Counted from the stretch's first letter, positions 27,613-38,191 are shown. The stretch is DNA of 64,000 nucleotides from an uncultured Lachnospiraceae bacterium (GCA_946540235.1 CAMNID010000044.1:89389-153388), one strand, 5' to 3'. The notes: a model not told the origin generated them from the letters alone. A program made the numbers and translations.

Positions 27613-29790
27613 TCACTGGACTGATTTCCCTTCCTGCCGGTCCCCCTGGACTGGCTTTTCTTCTTCCTGGTCCTCCTGGGCGGGGTCAGTTTCTGTCTGA
27701 CCCTCCTCCGGCAAATCAACCTCCTCCTGATCATCCTCCCCCGGGAGCTTGTCCCGGATTCTCAGACTATCTTTATAGTAAATGTATTCACCGGATTCAT
27801 TAAGGGTAATCTTGTTGTTGGTCTTGCTGACCTGGTGGATCACCATCACGTCACCGTCCTTCAGCTTGGCTGAAGAAAGGGCCAGCTCTCCTCCGTCGGT
27901 CAGGTTGGAATGGACCTCCAGACCATTGACGTAAAGTCTGCTGTATTCATTAAACCTTTCCCCATAGACATAATAATCCCTGCCCCTCTTAATGATTCCC
28001 CGGATAGCCGGAGGATTCAGACTGAAGGTAATCTCCGTAGGCTGGGGCTCGGGTCCGCCTTCCCAGCAGTAGCCATTGCCATAGAGCATATCATAGGATA
28101 GCAGCTTAAGTCTTTTCTTATATTTCTTAGTCCCGTGCATGGTCTGATGAAAGATATTCAAAATCCCATCATGGATATTGACCTGCCTTAGGACCTTGGC
28201 AGCCAGCTGCCAGGCCTTGACTGACCCAGACTCTTTCTTCCGGTGGCTTTTATTATAACCAAAATTATCCCAGATCACATAGGGTGTGTCATACTTGGAC
28301 CCAGTCTCCAGGTCTTTGGTCTCCAGGTTGATTCCCGGCTGGTGGTCCCCGTAGATCACCAGAATCACATCCTCCGGGTAAAGCTCCAGCTTGGCCGTCA
28401 GCTCTCCTAAAAATTCATCCATCTCATGGATCTCATTGACATAATAGGCAAACTGGTTTACATAAATCTCTTCTATATTGGTGGAGGAGACCTTGATGGG
28501 ATAATCCGGATTATCCACTGTCGGATAGTCCCCATGACCCTGAACGGAAATCCCGTAAATCAGGTCCTTCCTGTCAGTCCTTTCCATAGTATCAAGGATA
28601 TATCTGGTGAGAATCTTATCCTTGGCCCAGCCTGCCTCATTGAATTCCCTGGCTTCCATATTTTCCAGGGTAATAAAATTATCAAAACCCAGATTGGAAA
28701 ATACATAATCCCTGTCGTAGAAGGAAGCATTGTTATTGTGGATCACCGAAGCCTCATAATCTTCATTTTTCATCCAGTAGGCCACGCTGTCACAGGTTCT
28801 CTTGTGAAGAATACTCCTATAGGGATACTCACCGGTGCCGAAATAGTCCATGGACATACCGGTCATCACTTCAAATTCCGTGTTGATGGTACCCGCCCCA
28901 TAGACCGGCACCCTCAGAAAACCGGAGCTGTATTCTTTGGCCATCCTGTGAAAATTAGGCAGAGGGTCCTCAGAGATGGACAGCCCCTTTACAATTTCCG
29001 GGTCGAAAAAGGATTCCAACTGCAGGAAAATGATATTAGGCTTCCTGGAATTCTTCTTATTTTCCCGGGCAAGCAGCTTCTTCTCTTTCTTTCTGACTTT
29101 TTTCAACAACTTTTCCACCTTGGTCTTGGAATAATCGATGGGCCGGTCGATTCCCGTATCGACGGCAGTGACAACAAAACCATAGGCAACCCCGTAATCC
29201 CTGTAGCCGGCAATCAGATTGTCAAAGCGGTTGATCAGCTGACCCTTACCAACCCCCACATAGGTGGCCAGAGCCAGGCAGGCCCAGATGACAGCGGTCA
29301 GCACAAAGCCACTTCTCTTGTCACAATTGGAACTGACCGGACCATAGAGAAAGAGTATGACTGCCCCCATAATCACCATGGTAAGCAGGAAGACAGCTCC
29401 CAGAATCTGCCAAACCGAAAGATAGGACCTGGCGATGGGCAGAATGGACTTGACGATCGTCAGGTCCACCGCCGTGAAAGGCGTCTTCCTGTTGGCCAGC
29501 ACAGCCGCGTTGGCCCCTCCGATGAGCAGCCAGCCCAGGATGATCATCACATAGGCAAAAATGCGCCGTTTGACAAGAAATACTAAAGAAAGGCTGGCAA
29601 AGATAATCAGACCGTTAAAAAGAAATACAAAGGTCCTGTCCTGAATAAAACGGACCACTTCTTCAAAGGTCCGCCTCTCCGTGTACTCCAGAAATATATT
29701 AATGCATAAAGTCAGCACGAGATTCATGGCTAACAGACGCAGATGCGCCCTGCTGAATATCCCCTGCCGGTAATTGTTCTTCTCAGTCAT
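27613..29790 (-). CDS. LTA synthase-family (sulfatase/alkaline-phosphatase fold) membrane protein
   Basis: Five N-terminal TMs; PNIIFLQLESF, GAGTINTEFEVMTG (catalytic Thr), HGDYP and YGDHQP motifs; acidic C-terminal tail. Confidence 0.9.
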   Translation of the reverse strand: MTEKNNYRQGIFSRAHLRLLAMNLVLTLCINIFLEYTERRTFEEVVRFIQDRTFVFLFNGLIIFASLSLVFLVKRRIFAYVMIILGWLLIGGANAAVLANRKTPFTAVDLTIVKSILPIARSYLSVWQILGAVFLLTMVIMGAVILFLYGPVSSNCDKRSGFVLTAVIWACLALATYVGVGKGQLINRFDNLIAGYRDYGVAYGFVVTAVDTGIDRPIDYSKTKVEKLLKKVRKKEKKLLARENKKNSRKPNIIFLQLESFFDPEIVKGLSISEDPLPNFHRMAKEYSSGFLRVPVYGAGTINTEFEVMTGMSMDYFGTGEYPYRSILHKRTCDSVAYWMKNEDYEASVIHNNNASFYDRDYVFSNLGFDNFITLENMEAREFNEAGWAKDKILTRYILDTMERTDRKDLIYGISVQGHGDYPTVDNPDYPIKVSSTNIEEIYVNQFAYYVNEIHEMDEFLGELTAKLELYPEDVILVIYGDHQPGINLETKDLETGSKYDTPYVIWDNFGYNKSHRKKESGSVKAWQLAAKVLRQVNIHDGILNIFHQTMHGTKKYKKRLKLLSYDMLYGNGYCWEGGPEPQPTEITFSLNPPAIRGIIKRGRDYYVYGERFNEYSRLYVNGLEVHSNLTDGGELALSSAKLKDGDVMVIHQVSKTNNKITLNESGEYIYYKDSLRIRDKLPGEDDQEEVDLPEEGQTETDPAQEDQEEEKPVQGDRQEGKSVQ

Positions 29791-29794
29791 ATTA

Positions 29795-30604
29795 TTAATC
29801 CTGTATGAGGGTAGCCTGAAGAATAAACCGCCCGTCCTCCGACGAGGAAGTGCAGGTAGACAAGGTCAGAATCCTGTCTGCCACCGTTTTCACACCCGTA
29901 TCATAGAGAGAGTCTTCCACAGCCTGGTCCAGGTAATCCCCAAAGCTCTGGTCTGACCCAAACTCGACTGTATAGACATCCTTGTCCTTCCTGGCACTGA
30001 TCTCCCTGGCAGAAAAAATCCGGTATTCCAGCTCCTCCCCGGGCCTGATGACCCAGACGATCTGTCTCCTCCTGAAATCCGCTTTTTCATTATAATTGGT
30101 ATCATAGTAGGTCTTCAGAAAACCAAACATTTCCCCGGATTTCAGATTATGGCCATAGACGATACTGTTGTCAGACTTAAAATCAGGCTGGCAGAGGGCA
30201 TCGAGAAATATGGCCCCGGTAAAATTCTTCTTTCCCTCAAAAGTGTAATTCAGATAATGATAATTATCCTCTCCCTGTACAATGGGATAGCTGATTTCAG
30301 AATCAGGAATATAGAGCCAGGCCACAAGCTGGGGATTTATCTCTTTCAAGGCATCGAAATCTACCTGAAGCGGACAGACGTCCGGACCGGCTTGCCCGGT
30401 CCCTCCATCCTCGTCCTTCTTTTCCCTGACAGTGACATGCTGCCTTAACTTCTCATATTCCTTCTCACCGCCATGGTAACCCTGGTACATACCCCAAAGC
30501 TTCCAGACGGCAAAACAGAAAATGGCGGCACAAACCAGCAGCATAATATCTGACAGAATATGGCCCCCGCTTTTTCTGTTGGTGTCACTTTTCTTTTTTC
30601 CCAT
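29795..30604 (-). CDS. srtB: Class B sortase
   Basis: VDFDALKEINP, YPIVQG, IVYGHN (His), LTLSTC (Cys) and GRF (Arg) motifs. Confidence 0.9.
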   Translation of the reverse strand: MGKKKSDTNRKSGGHILSDIMLLVCAAIFCFAVWKLWGMYQGYHGGEKEYEKLRQHVTVREKKDEDGGTGQAGPDVCPLQVDFDALKEINPQLVAWLYIPDSEISYPIVQGEDNYHYLNYTFEGKKNFTGAIFLDALCQPDFKSDNSIVYGHNLKSGEMFGFLKTYYDTNYNEKADFRRRQIVWVIRPGEELEYRIFSAREISARKDKDVYTVEFGSDQSFGDYLDQAVEDSLYDTGVKTVADRILTLSTCTSSSEDGRFILQATLIQD

Positions 30605-30617
30605 AGGCTGCCGCCCC

Positions 30618-31175
30618 CTATTTCAGGCGGAGGGGCAGACCGCTGACCGACAGGTAGACTTCATCGCTGAGCGAGGCCAGCACCTGGTTGGCCTTGCCGG
30701 CAATATCACTGAAAATCCTTCCCAGCCGGTAGGCGGGTACAAGACTCATTCCAACCTCATTGGTCACAATAATCAGATTCTTGTTCTCATCCCGGATTCC
30801 CTTGATCAGATCTGAGAGCTCCATGATAACCTCACTCTCCAGGTCCTCAATCTCCCTGCTGCTGATCTCATCAAAATTCCTTTCCTGGTCCTCAAACAAA
30901 AAATTAGTAATCATCACTGTCACGCAGTCAAGGAGGACCGTGGACTTCTCCGTGTGCCGGACGATCTGACCCAGATCCCGGTAGCCCTCATAGGTTCCCC
31001 ACTCCGCATCCCGTCTCTCCTGATGCCTGCGGATACGCTCCTTCATATCCTCATCCACCGGTATGGCAGTCGCCAGATATAGTACACTTCTGCCGCCGCA
31101 TTCCTTCGCCTTCTCCTCGGCGATCACACTCTTGCCACTGCGGCTTCCTCCTGTAACCATAATCACTTTAGACAT
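30618..31175 (-). CDS. cobU: Adenosylcobinamide kinase/phosphate guanylyltransferase
   Basis: TGGSRSGKS, YLATA, ERIRRHQERR, LLDCVT and VTNEVGMSLVP motifs. Confidence 0.92.
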   Translation of the reverse strand: MSKVIMVTGGSRSGKSVIAEEKAKECGGRSVLYLATAIPVDEDMKERIRRHQERRDAEWGTYEGYRDLGQIVRHTEKSTVLLDCVTVMITNFLFEDQERNFDEISSREIEDLESEVIMELSDLIKGIRDENKNLIIVTNEVGMSLVPAYRLGRIFSDIAGKANQVLASLSDEVYLSVSGLPLRLK

Positions 31176-31290
31176 AGATACCGCCTCCTAACAACATTAA
31201 GCCTAAGCCTGCTGATACTGCACTATATTCACTAAAACCTATTCATTAAAAAAACTAATATAAATATAAGAAATATAATAAAATTCTTAA

Positions 31291-32103
31291 CTAAGACCTT
31301 CCACCTGCTCCTGTATCTACTCCCAGTACAGCCCTCTCCGCCTTCATCATATAGTAGAGACTGACACCTGCCGAAAGCATATACATGACTGTCTCCCCTA
31401 TCAGCTGACCAAGGACCAGATTGATACTGGTAAATACAGCCATCAGAGTCCTGGCATAGATGGCGATCTGAAAGCCCTGGGACCAGGTCACACTCTTGCC
31501 ATCAGCCCCTCTGACAATGGTCTTGCCAATCAGAAGATAAAAGAAAGAAGTAATCAGATACTCTATAGCCGTCTCTACATAAGCCATAAGCAGGTAGAGA
31601 ACCATGGAAAAACGGAAAAGAGGTATGGCATTTACCAGGGTCTGATTATCATAAACCCCGTCACCCAGATCAGCAAGGGCAACACTCTGAACCGCCATCC
31701 CGTTTTTCACCAGGATAGATGTCTGACTAATCAGAACCTCCTGGACATAATCTGAGGACAGGTCCCCCTGTTCAAAACTTTCCACACCGGCATCCACCCG
31801 GAAATGAATGGTATTCCCAATCTGGAACTCCATGGGTTTCTCACAGCTGAGAACGCCTTCCTCCACCCGGAATTCCGGAATCCTCTCGGTAAAAAGCTTC
31901 TTAAGTCCTCCCACACTGGCATCCCAGGCCAGCAGGGGAATCGCATGACCGATGATCACCAGAACCATAACCAGAAAAAGAAGATAGGGCACCAGCCGCC
32001 TTTTTCCGTCCAGCAGCTTCCCGTAGGAGGAAGGCTGGAAACAGGCGATAAAATACTGATAGAAAAAGCCCACTCTATCTTCCTGATTCATAGTCCACTC
32101 CAC
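31291..32103 (-). CDS. Membrane protein (DUF1189-like)
   Basis: N-terminal TM, soluble domain, three C-terminal TMs; family by recall only. Confidence 0.55.
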   Translation of the reverse strand: MEWTMNQEDRVGFFYQYFIACFQPSSYGKLLDGKRRLVPYLLFLVMVLVIIGHAIPLLAWDASVGGLKKLFTERIPEFRVEEGVLSCEKPMEFQIGNTIHFRVDAGVESFEQGDLSSDYVQEVLISQTSILVKNGMAVQSVALADLGDGVYDNQTLVNAIPLFRFSMVLYLLMAYVETAIEYLITSFFYLLIGKTIVRGADGKSVTWSQGFQIAIYARTLMAVFTSINLVLGQLIGETVMYMLSAGVSLYYMMKAERAVLGVDTGAGGRS

Positions 32104-32668
32104 TCAGATACTGCTTACTGTAAAGAATCGACGAAGCCACTTTGTCAGCCATCTGCGGTCCTTCCAGCTTCTCAATCAGGGTAAGGGCAAAAGGAATCGC
32201 TGTTCCCACACCCCGGCTGGTAATCACATGACCATCTGTAACCACAGGCTCCTGGCAATATTCCCCCAGTTCATAGCCATCAAGACACCCCGGATAGCTG
32301 GTAGCCTTACGGCCCTTTAAAAAGGACAGCCCTGCCAGTACCGACGGAGCCGCACAGATGGCAGCTACATAACGTCCAGCCTCATACTGGGCCTTAAGAA
32401 GCCCGGCCAGTTCAGCCGACTCCCTGAGATAATTGGTCCCCGGCATACCACCCGGCAGCACCAGCATGTCCGCCCCGGCCGTATCCCCGCCAAGATCCGA
32501 AAGAAGCAGGTCTGTCTCCAGTCTGATTCCATGGGCTCCCTCAATGTTTTTCCTGCCCATAATGGAAACCATCTTCACATCAATCCCTGCCCTGCGCAAA
32601 AGATCCACACTGGTCAGGCCTTCCACTTCCTCAAAACCATCGGCAATAAACATATATACTAAACTCAT
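32075..32668 (-). CDS. DJ-1/PfpI (YajL/ThiJ) family protein
   Basis: ADGFEEVE, VLPGGMPG, AAICAAP and TSRGVGTA motifs. Confidence 0.92.
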   Translation of the reverse strand: MSLVYMFIADGFEEVEGLTSVDLLRRAGIDVKMVSIMGRKNIEGAHGIRLETDLLLSDLGGDTAGADMLVLPGGMPGTNYLRESAELAGLLKAQYEAGRYVAAICAAPSVLAGLSFLKGRKATSYPGCLDGYELGEYCQEPVVTDGHVITSRGVGTAIPFALTLIEKLEGPQMADKVASSILYSKQYLSGVDYESGR

Positions 32669-32923
32669 ATTTTACCTCCAGATTATAATCAGAATCTCTC
32701 CGGGTTCCACAAAAAATCTTTTAATGGGCGCCAGCCCAAAGATATAAGTATTGTAGCTTAAATAATTTTGATTATCAAGCACGGACATAATATTTTCATG
32801 CATTCACCCTCCATTTATGGTATACTGATTCAATACGATGTAAACTAGTCTATAAAGCAAGTTCAGAAGAACATGCATTTACTTCCGGATATCTTTCCGG
32901 CAGGGAAATTGGAGGGTGTGAAT

Positions 32924-33427
32924 ATGGAAATTGAAAGGAAATATCTAATCATCCAGCAGCCGGACTTAAACGGACTGACAGCCGCAGACCATCTTGAGCA
33001 GGCCTACATATCCACCTCACCAGTGATCCGGGTACGCAGGAAAAACTCTTCCTTTATCCTGACCATCAAATCAGAAGGGCTTTTGGCCAGAGAGGAATAT
33101 GAATTTCCCATCAGCCAGGAAGCCTACTACCACCTTCTGGAAAAAAGGGACGGCATTATCATAGAAAAAAACCGCTGGAACATACCCTGCCCCTCCGGAC
33201 TGACCATAGAACTGGATATCTTTGCCGGCCCCTACCAGGGCTTTATGATGGCCGAAGTGGAATTTCCCGACCTGGAGACAGCCAACTCCTACATAGCCCC
33301 GGACTGGTTCGGACCGGAGGTCACCCAGGACCCCCGTTTCCAGAATTCCTCCCTCTGCCAGCGAAACCCGGTAGAAATCCAGGAATTCCTGGAACTGACC
33401 GAAAAAATGAAGGGCGGCGGCCGGTAA
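32924..33427 (+). CDS. CYTH-domain protein
   Basis: MEIERKY (ExExK), IRVRRK, REEYE and AEVEF motifs. Start ATG 32924 with a GGAGG RBS. Confidence 0.9.
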   Translation: MEIERKYLIIQQPDLNGLTAADHLEQAYISTSPVIRVRRKNSSFILTIKSEGLLAREEYEFPISQEAYYHLLEKRDGIIIEKNRWNIPCPSGLTIELDIFAGPYQGFMMAEVEFPDLETANSYIAPDWFGPEVTQDPRFQNSSLCQRNPVEIQEFLELTEKMKGGGR

Positions 33428-33500
33428 AAAGTTCATAGAATTAACACAATTTTAAAATATACATAATAGAATCTTCTAATACATCGCCTATAATATCTTA

Positions 33501-33635
33501 GGTCTGTAGATTTGCTACTGATTCGGAAAGTCCATTATATCAGGCTTTTAGGACGGTCCTCATGCAGGACAGTTGTAACAATCCCCGGACAAGAAAGATT
33601 GTAACCGTCCTCATAGTGGAAAGCTGCAGCAGACC
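33501..33635 (+). ncRNA. Candidate multi-stem structured RNA or 5' leader (family unassigned)
   Basis: Begins 7 nt after TATAAT (33489-94). Nested stems include GGTCTG/CAGACC, GCTTT/AAAGC, AGGACGGT/ACCGTCCT and ACAATC/GATTGT. Confidence 0.45.
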
Positions 33636-33775
33636 GCATATAAGTCATTTAAAAAATGAGTCATTTATATTTTAAACAATGAGATTTAAATATAAGTCAT
33701 TTAAAAATATAAGTCATGAGATAGGACATATGACTTATTCAATATGCGAAATACGCTAAGAAAGGGTTCATATAT

Positions 33776-35596
33776 ATGTTAGAGAATAATACGAATGTTC
33801 CAGAAAATGAATCCGGGGCAAAGACCAGCGGTCCCGCTCCGGATAATATATCCATAGATCCTGTTACGTCATCAGAACCATCAGAAGCTGCCGGAACTTT
33901 GGCGGACCAGTCAACAACTTCATCGGCCTGGGACCCATCATCAACCGATACGGCTGCTGGCTCAGCAAGGAAAGATGCCTCTACGTCCGGTCCTGCTGCC
34001 GGTTCAGCAACGAAGGATGCCTCTACGTCCGGTCCTGCTGCCGGCTCATCAACGAAGGATGCCTCTACGTCCGGTCCTGCTGCCGGCTCATCAACGAAGG
34101 ATGCCTCTACGTCCGGTCCTGCTGCCGGCTCAGGCACTGACTCAGGAAACTATGACAGACTGTCAAATGAAGAGACAACAGTTGACCCACCAAAGCCTAA
34201 AAAGAAGAAAAAGAAAAACCGTGTCTGGAAAATCATCGTAGGCCTCCTAGTCCTCAGTGCGGTAGCAGCCTACGCTGTGGGAGTATATTTTTACAACACA
34301 CATTTCTTCCACAATGTCACTGTCAATGGGACCCACATCGGCGAAATGACCATCCCACAGGCAGAGAGAGTATTTACAGAAGATTTTACCTCCCATAGGA
34401 TTTCCATTATAGAAAAGGAACGAACAGAATATATTGACGCCAGGGCCGTTGGCACTGTCATCGATGTGGGAAGCCAGATCAAAGACCTGCAGGAATCCCA
34501 GAATCCCTGGCTCTGGTTCATGAATCTGACCGGCAAAGAAAATGATGACGTAACCCTCACCGTCAGCTTTGACGATAGCCTGCTCCGGCAGACGATCAGG
34601 AACCTTGACTGCTTTATTGAGGCAAACGTCACCCCACCGGCAGACACCTACATCACCCCAGGCCAGAACCAGTTTGAAATCGTTCCCGAAGTCCTGGGCA
34701 ACAAGGTCAAGCAAGTCGAACTTTACAAGATCATCTGTGAAGCCCTGACCAACGGCGTCACCAGCATTAACCTGGAAGACCTCAACCTTTATGAACTCCC
34801 TGTCTACTACTCCAAAGACGAAGTAGTCCAGAAAGCACTCGTAAAGGCAAATAAGTACACTTCAGGGACCCTCACCTACGACTTTGACTATAAACTGGAA
34901 ACTCTGGACTACCAGACCACCAAAGACTGGATCAACATTTCCGATAAATTCAAAGTAACCATCGATAAAGACAAGCTCGGCACCTATGTGGACAACCTCT
35001 GCAAGACCTACAACACTATGGGAGACGCCCACATATTCACCACTTCAGGAGGCCAGCAGATCCGCATCACAGACGGCGACTACGGTTGGAAGATAAACTT
35101 TGAAAAGGAAAAAGAAGCCCTCCTCAAAGACATCAAGGAAGGTAAAACAGAGAATCGCGAGCCCATCTACGAATACAGAGCCATGTGCCGTGAATCCGAA
35201 GACGATGACATCGGCGGCTCCTACGTAGAGGTAAGCCTCACAGCCCAGGAACTTTGGCTTTACGACAACGGAAGCTGCATCATGAACTCCTCCGTCGTCA
35301 CCGGCAATCCCAAAAAGAACGCCGGCACCACACCAGGCATCTACGGTATCACCTACAAGCAGAGCCCGGCCACCCTCACAGGCCCCAACGCCAACGGAAG
35401 CTCCTACTCTTCAGATGTTACCTACTGGATGCCTTTCAACGGCAACCAGGGCCTCCACGACGCCCCATGGCGAAACGATTTCGGCGGCAACATCTACCTG
35501 AGAAACGGCTCCCACGGCTGCATCAACTGCCCCTACGACACAGCGGAAACCCTCTACCAATACGTATCAACCGGTTTCCCCGTCATCATCTACTAA
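33776..35596 (+). CDS. Membrane-anchored L,D-transpeptidase with PG-binding-4-type domains and N-terminal repeats
   Basis: KKKKKK followed by a TM; VEVSLTAQELW, VVTGNP and GLHDAPW...GSHGCIN (catalytic Cys). Confidence 0.9.
   Translation: MLENNTNVPENESGAKTSGPAPDNISIDPVTSSEPSEAAGTLADQSTTSSAWDPSSTDTAAGSARKDASTSGPAAGSATKDASTSGPAAGSSTKDASTSGPAAGSSTKDASTSGPAAGSGTDSGNYDRLSNEETTVDPPKPKKKKKKNRVWKIIVGLLVLSAVAAYAVGVYFYNTHFFHNVTVNGTHIGEMTIPQAERVFTEDFTSHRISIIEKERTEYIDARAVGTVIDVGSQIKDLQESQNPWLWFMNLTGKENDDVTLTVSFDDSLLRQTIRNLDCFIEANVTPPADTYITPGQNQFEIVPEVLGNKVKQVELYKIICEALTNGVTSINLEDLNLYELPVYYSKDEVVQKALVKANKYTSGTLTYDFDYKLETLDYQTTKDWINISDKFKVTIDKDKLGTYVDNLCKTYNTMGDAHIFTTSGGQQIRITDGDYGWKINFEKEKEALLKDIKEGKTENREPIYEYRAMCRESEDDDIGGSYVEVSLTAQELWLYDNGSCIMNSSVVTGNPKKNAGTTPGIYGITYKQSPATLTGPNANGSSYSSDVTYWMPFNGNQGLHDAPWRNDFGGNIYLRNGSHGCINCPYDTAETLYQYVSTGFPVIIY
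33971..34132 (+). repeat. 42-bp/14-aa coding repeat x4 (KDASTSGPAAGS[A/S]T)
   Basis: Units start at 33971, 34013, 34055 and 34097. Confidence 0.95.
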
Positions 35597-35630
35597 AAAA
35601 GATCCGACTACAACAAGAAATAATACAACA

Positions 35631-35675
35631 AGACCCTGACCGGCAACCAAACCACCCGGCCAGGGTCTTCTCTTT
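35631..35675 (+). terminator. Intrinsic terminator after the L,D-transpeptidase
   Basis: AAGACCCTG(A)CCGG/CCGG(C)CAGGGTCTT stem followed by CTCTTT. Confidence 0.65.
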
Positions 35676-35869
35676 ACAAACACTTAAGATTTTCTGACCA
35701 TTGCTTTCGCGCCGGGCAGCTGCCCCCGCCTGCTTTAGCAGGCGAGTTGAGATCGAGGTGCGAACCATAAACTGCGATAGAAAATTCGCAGGTATAGCTG
35801 GTTCTATTTTCATGGGGACCACATCTGACTAGATAAACAATTTTTAGTTTCAGAAACCATACCCCTTAA

Positions 35870-38167
35870 TCAGCGGCGAACCTTACTTCCTTTGGCGTTC
35901 CTGTGGTTTATCTTCAACCTCCCAAAGGCCAGTTCCTTATCCTTATACATGATGGAATCCCCATCGCTGTAGTCTCCCCCGTAAAGGTAGACAGCCCGGA
36001 TCACATCATCAGCGGCCAGATTCATACCGGCCATGCCCAGAGCCCCCTTCTTCTTTTTAGAAATCTCTGAAAGAGCGAAACGCAGGAAGTATCCATCCTG
36101 GCTCTGCAGGACCAGATAACCCTCAGGCACATCCTTCCCGGAATCAGGGGAATCAGCCACTCCGGCAAAAAGGCGGATGGAGGCGAGCCGGTCACCCTCA
36201 TTGAGCTTGGTGGCGGCCACTGTCTTTTTCTGGACAATATATTCATCGCCCTCCACAAACTTGACCATACCAGTCTCCGTAACAAAGAGCATCAGACTGC
36301 CGGCCAGGTTTTCCTCCGCCGTAATCAGCAGAAGCTGTTCTGACCTGCTGTCGAAATTGCTGACATTGTCCAGGGGGATACCCTTATCCCGGAGTCTCCC
36401 CGCCGGAATATCCTTGACCTTGATCTGGTGCATGGTTCCCATGTCTGTAAAGAGACAGATCTTGCCCACATTCAGGCAGGGAACCAGCCAGCGGTAATCT
36501 TTCTCAGCCGCCTCCCGGTTTCTTTCTATGGTAGTGGCGTCGACAATCTTGGCATAGCCAAACCGGTCCATGACCAGAACGACCTCCTTCTCCTCCACCG
36601 GAACAGCCTTGACCACAGCGGCCCTGGCATTTTCCAGGAGAGTCCTTCTTTCAAAACCATATTCCTTTTTGATTTTAAGCAGGTCCTGCTTGAGGGTCCG
36701 GCGCATGGATTCCGGATTATGGAGAATGTCTTCATATTCACTGATTCTTTTCAGAATCTGGGCATACTCTTCCTGGAGGGCCAGGATTTCAAGACCGATC
36801 AGGCGGTAGAGGCGCATCTCCAGGATGGCCGTGGCCTGCTTCTCGGTAAACCGGAGTTTGGAAGCCTGTTTCTGGGACTTCTTGGTCTTAAACTTTATCT
36901 TGCCCGTATCTCCCTGGATCAGACAGGCCCTGGCTTCCTTCAGATTACTGCTGCCCCGGAGAATCTCAATAATAAGATCGATGATATCACAAGCCTGAAT
37001 CAGGCCCTCCTTAATCTCTTTTTGCTCCAGTTCCTTGGCCAGCAGGGTCTCATATTTCCTGCGGAGAACCTCATAGTGGAAGTCCGTATGCAGGCGAAGA
37101 ATGTCTTTCAAGCCCAGCAGCTCCGGCTTGCCATCAGCGATGGCCAGCATATTGACGCCGAAGGTATCCTCCAGCTTGGTTTTCCGGTAAAGGATGTTTT
37201 TAAGCCTGTCCACATCGGCGTTCTTCTTAAGCTCCAGAACGATCCGGATACCCTCCTTGGAGGACTCATTGGAAATGTCTACCACATCGCTGATAGTTTT
37301 GTTCTCGATAAGGCCTACCACATCGGAGATAAACTTGGCGATGCCGCTTCCAATCATGGTATAGGGAATCTCTGTGATTACCAACTTGTCCCTCATGGAC
37401 CTTTTCTTAGCCGGCTCAAATTCCAGCCTCCCCCGGAGCTTGAGCTTGCCGCTGCCGGTCTCATAGATTTCTTTTATATCCTTCTGATTAACCACCCTTC
37501 CCCCTGTAGGAAAGTCCGGCCCCGGAATATATTCCATCAACTGGTCTGTAGTGATGTCCGGATGATCCACATAGGCTATGGTTCCGTCAATGACCTCTCC
37601 CAGATTATGGGGAGGAATGTTGGTCACCATACCTACGGCGATACCCTCTGCCCCATTGACAAGGAGGTTGGGAATCCGGACCGGCAGAACCACCGGCTCC
37701 TTCTCCGTCTCATCAAAATTAGGCTGGAAATCCACCACATTTTTATCCATATCCTTCAAGTAGACATCCTGGGTGAATTTCTGCAGCTTGGCCTCTGTAT
37801 AACGCATGGCCGCCGCCCCGTCTCCTTCAATGGACCCGAAATTACCATGGCCATCCACCAGGGGCATCCCCTTTTTGAATTCCTGCTCCATGACCACCAG
37901 GGCATCATAGATGGAACTGTCACCGTGGGGATGGTATTTACCCATGGTATCTCCCACGATACGGGCACATTTTCTATGAGGCCTGTCCGCCGACAGACCC
38001 AGCTCCTGCATGGCGTAAAGAACCCTTCTTTGCACCGGCTTGAGACCGTCACGGACATCGGGCAGGGCCCGCTGGCAGATGACGCTCATGGCGTAATCAA
38101 TATAGGATTTCTGCATCACTTCAGAAAACTCACTTTTTATGATCTGTTCCGACATATTATCTATCAC
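35870..38167 (-). CDS. parC: Type II topoisomerase subunit A, probably topoisomerase IV
   Basis: [24 protein letters not shown] and AAMRYTE (catalytic Tyr); no canonical GyrA-box seen. Confidence 0.85.
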   Translation of the reverse strand: MIDNMSEQIIKSEFSEVMQKSYIDYAMSVICQRALPDVRDGLKPVQRRVLYAMQELGLSADRPHRKCARIVGDTMGKYHPHGDSSIYDALVVMEQEFKKGMPLVDGHGNFGSIEGDGAAAMRYTEAKLQKFTQDVYLKDMDKNVVDFQPNFDETEKEPVVLPVRIPNLLVNGAEGIAVGMVTNIPPHNLGEVIDGTIAYVDHPDITTDQLMEYIPGPDFPTGGRVVNQKDIKEIYETGSGKLKLRGRLEFEPAKKRSMRDKLVITEIPYTMIGSGIAKFISDVVGLIENKTISDVVDISNESSKEGIRIVLELKKNADVDRLKNILYRKTKLEDTFGVNMLAIADGKPELLGLKDILRLHTDFHYEVLRRKYETLLAKELEQKEIKEGLIQACDIIDLIIEILRGSSNLKEARACLIQGDTGKIKFKTKKSQKQASKLRFTEKQATAILEMRLYRLIGLEILALQEEYAQILKRISEYEDILHNPESMRRTLKQDLLKIKKEYGFERRTLLENARAAVVKAVPVEEKEVVLVMDRFGYAKIVDATTIERNREAAEKDYRWLVPCLNVGKICLFTDMGTMHQIKVKDIPAGRLRDKGIPLDNVSNFDSRSEQLLLITAEENLAGSLMLFVTETGMVKFVEGDEYIVQKKTVAATKLNEGDRLASIRLFAGVADSPDSGKDVPEGYLVLQSQDGYFLRFALSEISKKKKGALGMAGMNLAADDVIRAVYLYGGDYSDGDSIMYKDKELAFGRLKINHRNAKGSKVRR

Positions 38168-38191
38168 TCCACTTGCAAATATGAATTCTAT

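Noticed and set aside
33575-33606. WalR-like TGTAAC half-sites near both L,D-transpeptidase genes (also about 14040-45 on minus)
   Set aside because: None has the second half-site at 5-bp spacing.
35586-35822. 78-aa minus-strand ORF downstream of parC
   Set aside because: It runs through hairpins and a terminator with no protein features; the region is treated as a structured non-coding element instead.
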